Assembly: GCA_951406725.2 (NCBI GenBank)
Contig: OX597816.1
Location: 135,842,001 to 135,906,000 of the forward strand
Source: Octopus vulgaris
Lineage: Eukaryota
Reading direction: 5' to 3'
DNA length: 64,000 nucleotides
Below are positions 26,161 through 39,559 of this stretch, piece by piece. Position 1 is the first letter of the stretch, and every line of letters begins with the position of its first letter. Under the pieces are notes generated by a model. That model saw only the letters and a list, made by a program, of their open reading frames with translations. It searched no databases and was not told the DNA's origin. A program made the translations under genes and the position numbers.

Positions 26161-26438
26161 TTTGACTTTAAAACATCGTCTGAAAGCTATTTTTATGTTT
26201 TCTAAATTTGATAGGATTTAATAGTGAAAAGATTCTCCACGAAAAGATGGGGGAGCATATTTCTATCTCCCTCCACCCCCCACCCCTCTCTCTCTCCCTC
26301 TCGCTCTCTCTCGCTCTCTCACTCACGCACACATATACAGACACTAATGTATGAGTACATATGTACACGTACACATGTATAAATACATATATATATATGC
26401 GCGTGTGTGTGTCGCCATATTTCATTCTATAATGGCTA

Positions 26439-26533
26439 CCTCTGAAGAGCGCAGGGCTACATAATCGAACTGTTACCTAATACTCCGTTGAACCCCTAAT
26501 GCGAAACCGATTAGTAAGATCGGCCGTAATAGA
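26439..26533 (+). ncRNA. Hammerhead-like motif (imperfect stems I/III), copy 1
   Basis: CTGAAGA-GCGCAGGG...CCCCTAATGC-GAAA-CCGATT AGTAA GATCGG; cleavage site not canonical. Confidence 0.4.
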
Positions 26534-27471
26534 TATACAATATTGTACACTTCGATTAATACATAAATACAACGTGATTTATTCAAATTAGAACGAGTGA
26601 GTGAGGCTTTAGATAATAAAAAAAAAACATGACACGTACAAGAATATTATTAAGACTCGAGATTGCTCCAATCTGGCCAGACCCAAGGAAAAACTAAGCT
26701 AAGAGCATTATATTCCTTGGAAGAAAACAGCGAATGTATACGAAAACAAGCACGCAAAAAAAAAAAAACACGGAGAAATTGTACACAAATACAAATGCAA
26801 ATAGCAAGATGTTAACAACAGCTGTCTTTCGACTAAGGACGAATTTAATTAAGCTGGCGTGCGTGGAAGTGAAGCCTTACGGCAGGGACATAAGAGATGA
26901 CAGGCATGGGTTAGGAATATAGATGTTGCACAGATGGTAGTCGAACCAAGAACAAAAGGTTAGGCTTGGCCGAACACCGGTCATGTGGAGAGGGATAGAA
27001 GAATAGGGAGGGACGAGAAAAAAAGAAAAGGGACAGAGTGAAGTGAAAGAGGGGGGAAGGTGAGAATGAAGAGAAAATCAGGAAATGTGAGAGAGGGAGA
27101 AACGAAAGAAAGAAGGGTGGAAAGAACGCATTTCCTGGCTTTCCCTTCCTTCTTGCCTTCCCTCCTCTTTCACTTCACCCTGTCCCTTTTCTTGGGTAAG
27201 CGGTTCTAACTACATCACCGTGCCGACCAATACTTTGTGAGCGAATTTGAAAGGCAGAAGTTGTGCGGAAGCTTGTAAAAGAATGCGGAAACAGGGTTGG
27301 AAAAATATATGTATGTACATACATGCATTTTTTTCAACCACCTTTTTGTATTCTTTCTTTTATTCCATTTTATTTTATTTTATTTTTCTGATGAAGAACT
27401 AGCATCCGAATGTCATCAGAAGATGAAATGCCAAGTCGGACTCGGTGAGATTTGAACTTAAAATGAAGAAG

Positions 27472-27572
27472 CAGTAACGTAGCTGGGTGGGGTCATATGT
27501 ACCAGCTGGTATGGTGAGGATGGCGGCAAACTCGAAGGCTGTCCCTGGCCCCCCGCTCTAGCTATGTCACTG
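27472..27572. mobile_element. 101-bp hAT-like MITE
   Basis: TIRs CAGTAACGTAGCT / AGCTATGTCACTG. Confidence 0.55.
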
Positions 27573-28728
27573 AGCAAATGGGATGTTAGTTAATACTGTA
27601 AAGCGTTTTATCTAATTCTCTAAAACTTCCGTCATCGACTGCCTTCATCGAACAGAAAAAAAAAAAAAAAACAGGAAAAGAAATGTACTGCAACTTTCTG
27701 AATCAAGGTTTGTAAAATACAAGAAATATTATTTTCAATTTCTGGCAGCAATTTCGGGGTAGGGAGCAAGTCGAAGGATGAAAGGTAAAGTAGACTTCGG
27801 TAGAATTTGAACTCAGGACGTAAAAACGACTGAAATGCTTAGAGACATTTCACAGTGCAAACGATTCTGCCAGCTCGCCGCCTTAAATAGAAAGAATGTC
27901 AAAAATCATTGTTAAAAAACGTAAAGATAGAAAAAGTGATGAAGAAAAAAAAAGAAAGAAAAACGGAACGGTTTATAATTTGAATATATGATGCCATGTA
28001 GTTGCTTTAAACTTTCAAAAGTAAATAGAAAAAAAAACGTTAAAAGCTCAGAACTGTCTCAAGTGGAGGCTTAGAACAAGTTAAATGTTTGACAAGAACG
28101 CCTTGTGTCCTCCTGATTTTGTGTGTACTTTTTTTTTGTTTTTTTCAAAGTTGAAAGCTAGTGTTTTCGTTCTTTTGAACACGTTTTCCACTGAATATCA
28201 GCGTAAATAAGTTATTTAAAATAGTGCTGCTTATAACAAACCTGAGTAAATAAATGAAATGCAGTAATTATATTTTATACTACGAACATCGATTGAAGAC
28301 ATGTCAAACATGTCAATATATAAAGAAATATGATTCGTGGAAATTAATATTTTTGAAAAATTCTTCAATTGTAAACTAATTTGATTTAAAGTTGATTCTA
28401 CTATAGGAATGTCAGCCCAAGAAGACTTTCAAAATAAGTACGCTCATTTCTCTATTGTTAAAAGAAAAGAATGAGCTTAAGCTTACAAGGAAGAATGGAT
28501 CAGACATGACTTCAATTTCTTGCTGGAGACACAATCATCAAATGAATGGTATATCAACAAGCATATGTTCTCTCTCTTTCCCTCTCTAACTCACGTACAC
28601 ATATGCAGACACTAATGTATGAGTACATATGTACACGTACACATGTATAAAGACATACATACATATATGTGTGCTTGTATGTGTGTTTGTGTGTGTGTGT
28701 GTCGCCATATTTCATTCTATAATGGCTA

Positions 28729-28823
28729 CCTCTGAAGAGCGCAGGGTTACTTAATCGAACTGTTACCTAATACTTTGTTGAACCCCTTGTGCGAAACCTA
28801 TTAGTAAGATCGGCCGTAATAGA
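28729..28823 (+). ncRNA. Hammerhead-like motif, copy 2
   Basis: CTGAAGA-GCGCAGGGTT...AACCCCTTGTGC-GAAA; good stem II, imperfect stem III. Confidence 0.4.
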
Positions 28824-28856
28824 TGTATAATATTGTATGTACACTTCGATTAATAC

Positions 28857-28946
<90 letters not shown>

Positions 28947-29128
28947 ATATATATATATATACATATATAGGTAGAAATACAGCCAACAACTAATGAAGGG
29001 TCGTATTTTGTTTTCCATTTGTGTCTTTCGTTGTTCGAAAGAATAGTTCATGTTCCATGTACTATATTTTTGTTGTACACGTTTCATGACGTCCTGTGCC
29101 CATATATAGATGTATTATGTACATATAC

Positions 29129-29193
<65 letters not shown>

Positions 29194-29298
29194 CCTGCTC
29201 ACTTAGCTAGCGGGGTGGCGTCATTTGAAGGCTAAAACAATGCGAAGTGCATTGTGACCAGCGATGTTTAGCAACATCTGATAGCCTGGTCGGTCACG

Positions 29299-29351
<53 letters not shown>

Positions 29352-29740
29352 TCGCACGAATAGAAACACATATATACACATATACACGCATATGCATATA
29401 TGAATACACATTTATATATGCTTATATGCGTGCATTCAAGCAAACATACATACATATATACATACATATAAAGCGAATTAGCTGAATCGTTAGTGTCGGA
29501 TTGAATGCCTTTTGTTATTTGCTTCCGTTCTCCGCGCTCTCAGTTCAAATCCCATCGTCGTCGACTTTGCGTTTCACCTTTCAGAGACAATAAATGAACA
29601 CCTAGTCAGATACTGGAGCCGATTTCGGATTAAGGTCGTGGAGAACCACTGAGATCATCTTTTTCTCTAGTAATTACGAAGTGTTGAGCCAGACTCTTAG
29701 CAACCTCTTCTCGCAGAACCATCAAGGAGAGGGCAATATG

Positions 29741-29791
<51 letters not shown>

Positions 29792-30242
29792 TGTGTGTGT
29801 GTATGTGTGTGTGTACGATCCGTTATGTTCTGGGTTCAAATCCTGCCATGGTCGATTTGCTTTTTATCCTTCCGGATTTGTGGACGATGAAATAAGAGCA
29901 GAGTTTTGGAATAGCGATCATCTAGTGATAGCTCTTCCAAATTAGATAGGTCACCCTACCTTCAATATAAGTAATCTTGTGTTTCATGCAATGGGAATAA
30001 TGTTTCTGGAAGAATTATGTTCTTTTTGTTTGTTTGTTTTTTGTCCAAAACTTTCAATTTTCTTTTTAACGTTTCCCCACCTCCACCCCTTAATCTGTGC
30101 CCTTTTCCTTCCCCATGATGCAGTGTTTAGTACAAAAACTTCGTTAAAATAAGTACTCAAGTACAAGTGACGATACGATTTACTAGTTACCAAAATATCA
30201 AGATAAATAAATACTAATGATATTATATGTCAATAATAAGGG

Positions 30243-30453
30243 TTTCAAATTTTGGCACAAGGCTAGCAGTTTCAGAGGAGGGGACAAGTCGATTACGTTG
30301 ACCAATGCTCCAACTGGTTCTCATTCTATCGATCCCGAAAGGGCGAAAAAGAAAGTCGGCCTAGGTGGAATTTGAACTCAGAACCTAAAGACGGACGAAA
30401 TGCCGCTAAGTATTTTGCCCAGCATGCTAACGATTCTGCCTGCTCGCCGCCTT
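30243..30453 (-). mobile_element. Family A SINE
   Basis: Full-length copy with A/B boxes. Confidence 0.85.
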
Positions 30454-31277
30454 AGTATGCATGAATAATAATAGTATCTGTTAATAGTAATATGAGTTAT
30501 ATTTACAGTATTAAAGTTCACCACAATTAGAATTTTTTCAAAATTATATCGTTTGAGGAAACTATTTCACTGTGTCGTCTTAAGGCAATGGGCAGTTGGC
30601 CGGGGGCCTCACAGGTCTAGGGCCCCAATTCTGTAAATGAATAAATACTATAGGACCCAGTGCACTGATTTGCTTTGGAACCCATAATGCCGCTAAGATG
30701 ACCCTGCTACTAGTTTTAAATGCAATATTGGTATTCATCAGATTTTCACATAAAAAGTATCGTTCCATCTCATTATTTATCTCAATCGTTCCTTGATATA
30801 TTTTAGTCATCAATTGTTCCGAATTTTTGTTAAAGAAAAAAGCACTAATTTTCTCGGTCGCTTGAGAATTCTCTAGTTGAAACGCAAATAAAAGGATTAA
30901 TTCCTTATCTCCAATAAAATTTTAAAGTCTGTTGTTATTTTATGTTATTTTAATTTCATAGAATTATAAAGACATTTCCAAAACCGCATTGAATGTTTTG
31001 CGTTTTTCAGTGACCTTACACTCACTGATACCGATTATTCTTGAGTTCTAAGAAAGCGTATTTTTCTATTCAAGCTTTAGGGCATAGCTTATATTTTCCC
31101 CGATTGTACATATTTTCCAGTCAAGAAAGAAGTAAAATGGCTTTCTTTCTCTATCTTCTTACTCAGACTAACTAATACCAAATTCACAGTAGTGAGCTTA
31201 AATAAGATACTGTTACTTTTAACATTTCGTGTTACATCCTAAAAGAGAGAACTTTATATTATCAAATTTGTAGATAC

Positions 31278-31726
31278 CTGTTTGGTTTCTCCATAGAATT
31301 GGTAAACCCACATTTAGCTTTATACTGGTTCTTCTCATATTTTTGTGCTTTTTTCTTTGTCCCTATAGATTCAGAATATATTAAAGATGTGTTCGTAATG
31401 GGAGCATCATTGAAGAATTCATTTTCTGATATATATTTTTGATCCGTACAATTGATATGATCTTCGTTGTGAGATGAAAACGATGCGATTTCTTCACGAT
31501 ATTCTTTGTTAATATGCCAGTGATCGATATGTTGCTTTTTGATTTTTCGTTTTTTCTTTGACGATTGTGGCAATTCCTTTTCATTGTGAGAATCAAGAAA
31601 TGTATTCCGATTGTCAAGATGAAAATCATTGAGGCCCATACATTTCGGAGGCAATACAACTGGATTAACATTTTCATAACCTTTACTTTTAAAATTAGAT
31701 GTAATTATATTTTTGGGGTTTTCCAT
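31278..31726 (-). CDS. Gene B putative first coding exon (low-complexity, Lys/Asn-rich, NLS-like SKKKRKIKK)
   Basis: 154-codon ORF in unique sequence; ATG at 31726 shortly after an acceptor-like TTTATAG; donor AG|GTATCT in phase 2, compatible with exon 2. Linkage to the downstream exons is inferred. Confidence 0.6.
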
Positions 31727-32790
31727 GATTAAAGAAGATAAATCTATAAATTTTTGAAGTAAATATTTATAAAAAAAAAAAAAAGAATCGGTAAATATTA
31801 GGCTTTGAGATTTGGATGCAACTCGTAATTATTATTGTTTCGATCAAGAACTACTTCAGAGTTTTAGCATCCGAATAAAGCAAACAGAAATGTTTTGCTT
31901 TGTTTTTATATATCGCTTTTGTCACGAGCATTTAGTCGTTATATTTCTGATCACTCGAAATGAGAATTAGTAATTCATTTTTAGAAATATTTTATTCGAT
32001 CGATGAAAGATGCGTTCTTTTCCTGGAAACAAAATTTGCACAAACACATTAACCGTCATTAAAGTATTCAGTAACAAAGAAACATTTCTCGCGGGCATGT
32101 ATTTTTTTTCTGAAATAGCCAATCTGATGGCGCGCTGGCACATACAATGATGTCTTGATAAACGTTTATTCGAGAAGTACGTCTCGAATAGCTTACAAGA
32201 AACAGCACTCTTTGATCGGTTTTCTCCTAGCTTACGTAATATATAATTCGTCTTTTTTTTAGAGAGAGGCGGGGAGAGGGAGAAAGAGAGAGGGGAGAGA
32301 AGGAGAAAGAGAGAGAGAGTGTGTGTAAAAAGACAGATGAACCTAGTGTGAGTTCTAACACGGACCCTCAGGAAATCAGTGTTGGTGTCCGACGCGCTGG
32401 AAGGCCACTGGAAGAGAGATACCTTTTGCTAAAGTATGTCTCTAGGATAAAGTCACTCTGATATAAAACTAGGTATGGAGATTGTTTCCTTTCGCTCGAG
32501 ATCAAGGCGCTCCAATATTCCCGAGCCTGCGACCCATATTGGCACTGGCTATCTTGATTTGATTTGTTTCGGGATCTTGTCAGTAGGATGGAGAAGTTCT
32601 GCAAGCCTTATTGGACCTAAAAATTTAGGATGTGCAAACGCCGGCGAAGCGACTATTCAACTAGTCTAGTAGGAGGGTGCTGCGACGAGTATGGAAGCTG
32701 TGGACGCGAACCCAGGTGAGGCCGACTACTGGTGTATTACTGGTAATTTGGTTAGTGATGGTCTTTTTCGGTCATGAGTGGACAACCATC

Positions 32791-32869
<79 letters not shown>

Positions 32870-32899
32870 GATCCTTTAAAAGCCTTTATAGAAATTATA

Positions 32900-32950
<51 letters not shown>

Positions 32951-33077
32951 GATGAATATGGTACTTAAATTATATTAATGTTTCCGTCTGTTTTAATTTA
33001 ATTTAATTATATGTCTTTATGCAGCTGAGGATTGCTCTGCATTTAAATTGATGTAACGATTGCATTGTTCAATTAAA

Positions 33078-33495
33078 TGGAGTTGCTTGTGTGGTAAGTA
33101 GCTTGCTTACTAACCACATGGTTCCGGGTTCAGTCCCATTGCGTGGCACCTTGGGCAAATGTCTTCTACTATAGCTTCGGGCCGACCAAAGCTTTGTAAG
33201 TGGATTTGGTAGACGGACACTGAAAAGAAGCCCGTCGTATATATGTATATGTATATATATATATATACATATGTGTGTGTGTGAGTTTGTGTGTCTGTGT
33301 TTGTTCCCCCAACATCGCTTGACAACCGATGCTGGAGTGTTTACGTCCCCGTAACTTAGCGGTTCGGCAAAAGAGACCGATAGAATAAGTACTAGGCTTA
33401 CAAAGAATAAGTCCTGGGGTCGATTTGCTAGACTAAAGGCAGTGCTACAACATGGCCGCAGTCAAATGAGCGAAACAAGTAAAAGAGTAAAGAGA
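33078..33495 (+). mobile_element. tRNA-derived SINE family B (internal microsatellite)
   Basis: GTGTGGTAAGTAGCTTGC..GGTTCAGTCCC..GAAAAGAAGCCCGTCG..GGGGTCGATTTG..GAAACAAGTAAAAGA; further copies at ~7920-8105, 33505-33690, 34350-35025, 41620-41780, 42130-42315, 46170-46330, 49715-49930, 51850-52260. Confidence 0.85.
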
Positions 33496-33736
33496 ATATT
33501 TTTTTTTCTCTTACTTGTTTCAGTGATTTGACTGCAGCCATGTTGTGACACCGCCTCGAAGGGTTTTAGCGGAAGAAATCGATCCTAGTACATTTTTTAA
33601 AGACTAGTACTTATTTTATCGGTATCTTTTGTCGAACCACTAACACACCAACACCAGTTGTCAAGCGGTGGTTGGAGACAAACACAGATAAAAAGACATA
33701 CGCACGCACGCACATACACACACATATATGTGTGCG

Positions 33737-33786
<50 letters not shown>

Positions 33787-33787
<1 letters not shown>

Positions 33788-34348
33788 TAGCAGTAATACC
33801 CGTGGTTGATTGGGTAATTACTTTTACTGTTTCTCGAGCCGAGAAGCTAGGAAAATGGTTATATCATATAGAAGAATAGCATTACAGAATCCAGATGACT
33901 GTAATGGCACTAAAAAGGCTGCAGGTCAAGTGGAACATCATTGTTCATATAGAAAAAGCATTGCATCCCATGTGTTTGTTTGGTGTTCGTTTTTTGTTGG
34001 TCTTTCTTTGGTAGACATTTTTTTATTAGGAATATCAGTAAGTAATAGTGAAATGAAATTACAAATGCTGTGTCAGTGCACAATTAGTGTTGTACCATTG
34101 CATAGTTTTTGTTGATACAAATTAGGTAATTGCATGATAGAAGATATAGAAAAAGCATAGTACATCATGCATTTGATTGGTGTTCGTTTTTTTTGTCACT
34201 TTTATAACAACCAGTGAGAATATTTGCCTCAAAGCAGTTTGTCATAGGTTTCTGCACAATTAGTGTTGTCTCCCTTGAATCATTTACTTTCACTTTACGG
34301 GACAACCAAACACACAAACGGACAGAATCTCTCTTTTATAGATATAGA
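33787..34348 (-). mobile_element. Non-autonomous Helitron
   Basis: Minus strand starts TC (TCTATATCTATAAAAG), ends with hairpin TACCC..GGGTA then CTAG, inserted between A and T. Confidence 0.7.
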
Positions 34349-36365
34349 TATACAACAGGCTACTTTCAGTTTCCGTCTACCAAACCCACTCACAAGGTAT
34401 TGGTCAGCCCGAAGCTATAGTAGAAGACACATGCCCAAAGTACCACACAGTGGGACTGAACCCAAACCATGTGGTGCGAAAGCAAGCTTCTTGCCACACA
34501 GCCAAGCTTGTGGTAAGAAGCTTGCTTCCCAACCACATGATTCTGGGTTCAATCCCGCTGTGTTGTATCTTGTGCAAGTGTCTTCTACTTTAGCCTCAGG
34601 CTGACCAAAGTGGAATTAGTTGACAGAAACTGAAAGAAGCTTGTTGTACATTATATATACATATACTCTCTCTCTTTTGCTTGTTTCAGTCATTTGACTG
34701 TGGCCATGCTGGAGCACCACCTTTAAGCGAGCAAATCGACCCCAGGACTTTGTAAGCCTAGTACTTATTCTATTGGCGTCTTTTGCTGAACCGCTAAGTG
34801 ACGGGGACGTAAACACACTAGCATCGGTTGTCAAGCAATGTTGGGGGACAAACACAGACACACATGTATACGACGGGCTTCTTTCAGTTTCCGACTACCA
34901 AATCCACTCACAAGGCTTTGGTTGGCCTGAAGCTATGGTAGAAGACACTTGCCCAAGGTGCCACACAGCGGGACTTAACCTAGAAGCATGTGGCTGATAA
35001 GCAAGCTACTTACCACACAGCCACACACACACATATATATATTTATATATATATAATAAAGAAAAAAGTTTAAAATACTGGTCATTACATATTTTCCTTT
35101 ATTGGAGCAAATTTGGCTTACAGCTGTTTCCAGTAGTCATTATAGGTACATTACTGATTAGTTTGCTCAATTTGTCTATTGATCAATTGATAAAAATTGA
35201 ATGACCTAAGAAAATTAATGCTACTTTCATCTGAGCCATTTCTGGTTATAACAAGCAGAGCACTGAAGGAATACCTATTCCTCCTATTCTACTATCCCGC
35301 TGCCCCAGATTTGTATTTTATTTTATTTTATAAAACCCTATAGAACAAAAGGCAAAATTGAATTCAGGGTGCACTACATTCTAAAGACTGCCATTTCTCT
35401 TAACTTGGATATTGCTCCAGATCAGCTGTGATTGAATGCTGTTTTGATTAAAAACTGTTCCAATTGTAACTATCCTGCATTTTTTTTATATCAGGTGATT
35501 TCATCATTCAGTATATTATTTAGTTTATAAAAAAATTTGTTTAAAGATGTACTTCAAACTGGGATAAATTTTTTTTTGTATTCAAAATCTGCCAAACAAA
35601 CCACAAAATAAATTGTATCTATATATTTATTTTATTCATACCATTTTATTTGAGCGACAAATATAATTTTCTGAATTAGTCATGAGACCATAAATTTGTA
35701 CAATAAGGTGCAAACAGTCAACAGAATCTTTTTGATTATGATACAGTTTGAAGGCTGTAAACAAAAATATTTTCATCAGAACCAAAAATTTACCATAAAA
35801 AGAGGTAAAGTGCAAATTTTATCTCAGAACTAAGACCGTGCTAGATGAGTTGAAAATTACTACACATTTAACCACCTTTTAAAAACTAAGCGATGCTCCA
35901 GCATGATTGCAGTCTAATGGCTGAAACAAATAAAAGGTAAAAGGTTCACTGAATTGGTGAATACAGCATCGGATTTTATGCTCAATTGAGACTTGCTGTG
36001 AAAATTTCCTATGAATTTCATTAGGGGTAATGACAAAGAGTTGAGAAAACACATTTTCTAAAGTACACTGTTTCTTCTTTTTCTTTCATGAGTGCCATCT
36101 CAATAATTATGTCTTGTATATTTGTAGATATGGTAGAAACATTGCTGACAAACGTATGTACACACCTGTTCATGTGTATATTGGTATATGTCAATAAAGA
36201 GTTTAGTAATCTAATCTCTTAAGCACTAGCTTATAATACTTAAGAAGTGAATTGACTACTCTGTGATAAAACTAACAGTATTCCAAATTCCAAATCTCAC
36301 TCACTCATGGTAGAGCTCAATATATATTTTTATACAGCTGCCAAACTGGCAAAAACACGAGTGTA

Positions 36366-36396
<31 letters not shown>

Positions 36397-36597
36397 TTTT
36401 GATATCCAGAAGATACAAAAGGCAGGTAAGGCTATGTGAGTACCACCAAAGGACAGCTGTCAGACTCCCAGTTCGATAATAGTAGAAGTGAGAAATCTAA
36501 CATGGATCATGTGTGAGCGTGTATAGGTTAAATAAAATGAGACAACAAAGCCAAGGCAGTGTGAAATTTCTAGAACATTTTGTAAAGATAAGAGTTG

Positions 36598-36645
36598 TCT
36601 TACAGCTGTTTCAGGGATATAAAAAAGCTATCCCTTCATCAGAGA
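36598..36645 (-). ncRNA. Minimal type I hammerhead ribozyme in a PLE pseudo-LTR
   Basis: TCT-CTGATGA-AGGGATA[loop]TATCCCT-GAAA-CAGCTG-TA-AGA; 7-bp stem II, palindromic stem III ACAGCTGT, GUA triplet. Confidence 0.8.
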
Positions 36646-38634
36646 TGATACGAGAGAGTTAAACAGAAGGAAATAGTAGGGTTCAATATAAGAAGTTATT
36701 TTGGAAAAGGAGAGATATAGGAAATATAAAGGGAAATATAAGGATAGAAATAAAGATATATGTAGGATGTTAAACTTGATGTTTCATTATCCAAGAAATG
36801 TGGTGTGTAGAATGGGCAAAAGGCTTCTTGTCCATGGTATGTGAGTTCCGATAGGTCATATTTTGTTATTACAAATGGATAGCGTGCAAGTATTAATTCT
36901 GTAATGTTCATTCAAAGGGATCTTGTAGTGTAAATGAAATTTTGAAAACAGAATAGATAAGTATGTTAGGAGGAAGGTATTGGTATTGGTCAAAGGATTG
37001 GTGGAGGAAAGAAAGACAGAAAGAGGAAGGGAAAATGAAAAAGGAATGCTAGATGGTGGTCAAGATATTGCGAGAGGGCTGGGAGAGGAGAGCTATCAGT
37101 AGATAAAAGGAATAAGAGGAGGGATAGAAGGAAGAGATAAGAATGTAAGGAAGGAATATGTGTGAGAAGTGGGAGGTGGTGTGACATGTTTGAAAGGCAC
37201 TAAAGTGGAGGGATAGATAAAGAATGTGATACTGAGTGGGGTACTAGAAGTGAGTAGTAAACCTCAAAAAGGAAGGAAAGAATAAGGAAATATAATGGTC
37301 AAGTTTCTAAAAATAGATATAAGCATTTATATGAGGTCAGAGGTTGTACTAGCTAAAGTGATTGTGGGGACTGATAAATCAGTGAGAGAAAAAATATGTA
37401 TAGAGATACATGCACACACGCATACGTGTATATGCACTATTATATTGAACCACATACTCACACATATACACATACATATGTATCCATACATGTACGTATA
37501 TATATATATATATATATATATCATTATATTATTAAACAATTAAAATATTAAAAATTAAGAAATCGGAAATTTCTTCGGTGACTGAGAGGTCAGATATATG
37601 AATTGAAATACCCTAAATTACATTATCGAAGGTGGATTTGTGATGATTGGAATTAATGTTTAAGTACTTAAGGTACTAGTTGGGTTTATGATATGAGGAG
37701 TATTGGGAGGTTTCTAAGTTGAAAGTAACGTCTAAAAAATTAGCGGTTTTATAGGAATTTTCAAAAGTAATGAATAGGTTGAGGTTGGAGAATTTATGTA
37801 GATCTTTCTTAATTTGTTCTTAAGAGGATTTATTAATGCCTTTGATGACTAGCAAAGCATCATCTCTGTATAGGCCTCCCTTGATATTAGAGTAGTGTAT
37901 TCAGATCTGATGGAGTAAGTATAGTCCAACAAGGTTCGTGACCTGGGCAGAGTCAGATGATCCCACAGTAATGTCAAAGAATTTGCTATAGTTATTATTA
38001 GTGTTATAATGGTTGGCCCAGCACTGGGATTTGTCTTTGAAATAAATGAGAGTTTTTGGGCATTAAGAATTACGTTAATTTCTAGTGGGGTTAGGTTAGT
38101 TAGATTCTTAGCTAGAAGAAAGGCTTGATTTAGAAGTTTGGGGGAAATAAATTAATAGTAATTATTGTAGGAATGAAGAAGAGTTTTTGTTGTTCAAGAA
38201 ATGGAACTATGTTATGACTTTACCTGTACAGGACCATATGTTGATGTTTAATTTCTCCTTGATAATTGGTATTATTTTATCCAGAATGTTCTTGCTTATT
38301 CTTCCCAGGTCAGATTTGGTAGGGCATATGATTTGATTAGGAAGTCCTTTTTATGATCCTTAAAGTTAAAGTATGGAGATGCAGGGCAGAAGGGTTCTGT
38401 GCAGTCGTCCACGTATAGCTTGCACTGGTTGGTGCTGGTATTGTCAAGGGCAATATCATGGACAAGAAGCCTTTTTACCCATTCTACACAACACATTTCT
38501 TGGATAATGGAACAGCAAGTTTAACATCCAATATATATCTTTATTTTTATTTATATTTCCTGTATCTCTCCCTCTCCAATATAACTTCTTATATTGAACT
38601 CTACTATTTCCTTCTGTTTAACTCTATCATATCA

Positions 38635-38684
38635 TCGCTGATGAAGGAATATCTTTTTTTTATATCCTTGAAACAGCTGTAAGA
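38635..38684 (+). ncRNA. Hammerhead ribozyme in the inverted pseudo-LTR copy
   Basis: TCG-CTGATGA-AGGAATAT...TATATCCTT-GAAA-CAGCTG-TA-AGA; core intact, one stem I mismatch. Confidence 0.7.
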
Positions 38685-39559
38685 CAACCCTTCCCTTTAT
38701 AAAATGTTCTGGAAATTTCACACTGCCTTGGCTTTGTTATCTCATTTTATTTAACCTATATGTGTGTGTCTGTCTGTGTGTGCGTGTGTTTGCCCATGCA
38801 CATGTATGTGTGATCTCCATATAATAACGATTTCAAATTTTGGGGGAGGGACTAAGTCAATTACATTGACCCTAATGGTTAACTGGTACTTATTTTATCA
38901 ACCCCCAAAAGAATGAAAAGCAAAGTTGACCTTGGCAGAATTTGAAATCAGAACATCAGGACAGACAAAATGCCACTAAGCATTTTGTCTAGCATGCTAA
39001 CAATTTGGCCAGCTTGCCACCTTGAAATGTTATCACACTAATATCTCATGCTACCACCTCAAAAGCACCCTTTTATTTGGCATCCAATTATCTATCTTCA
39101 TCTCTCCACCTCTGACTCTGTTTCAAGTAAATTTTATAGTCTTGCACTTTCTCTCTTGACATTAAAACTGATGTCATTTAGAACACACTCACTTGTTTGA
39201 TTCTTTCTCTTTTGACATTAAAACTAATATCATTTAGGACACTCACTACAACACAATAAAATACTGCTCTTCTGTCTCCTTCCTTGTCTTTTCTTTCCTT
39301 TCTTTCTCTTTTCTTTCATTCCTACCTTCCTTCTATTTCCTTCATTCTTCCCTTTCTTTGATTCCTTCCTTACTTTCCTTTCTTTCTTCCTTTTTCCTTC
39401 CTTCGTTTCTTTCTTGCTCTTCCTGCCACTCTGTGTGTATATGTATGGGCATCCTACTGGATGTGTGATTCTCAGTGCAGTGTACACTGTGCCTGAGAAC
39501 AAGACAGAATAGTTGCAGCTTTGACCATAAGCCTGCTCCATCAGTGATGACCTAGGACA

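Larger units (their letters stand above)
36522..38760 (-). mobile_element. Penelope-like retroelement with an inverted 5' pseudo-LTR
   Basis: RT motifs FDITVGSSDSAQVTNLVGLYLL, GGLYRDDALL, ANFLDVTFNL, PYFNFKDHK; 38458-38760 is the reverse complement of 36522-36836; both copies carry a hammerhead. Confidence 0.85.

Noticed and set aside
30580-30900. Open frame LILLFAFQLENSQATEKISAFFFNKNSEQLM, faintly OB-fold-like
   Set aside because: No convincing donor in a compatible phase, and it runs into a hAT-like MITE remnant.
31090-31238. Acceptor TCTCTCTTTTAG just after gene B exon 1
   Set aside because: It would need a 39-nt intron and gives an immediate stop in phase 2.
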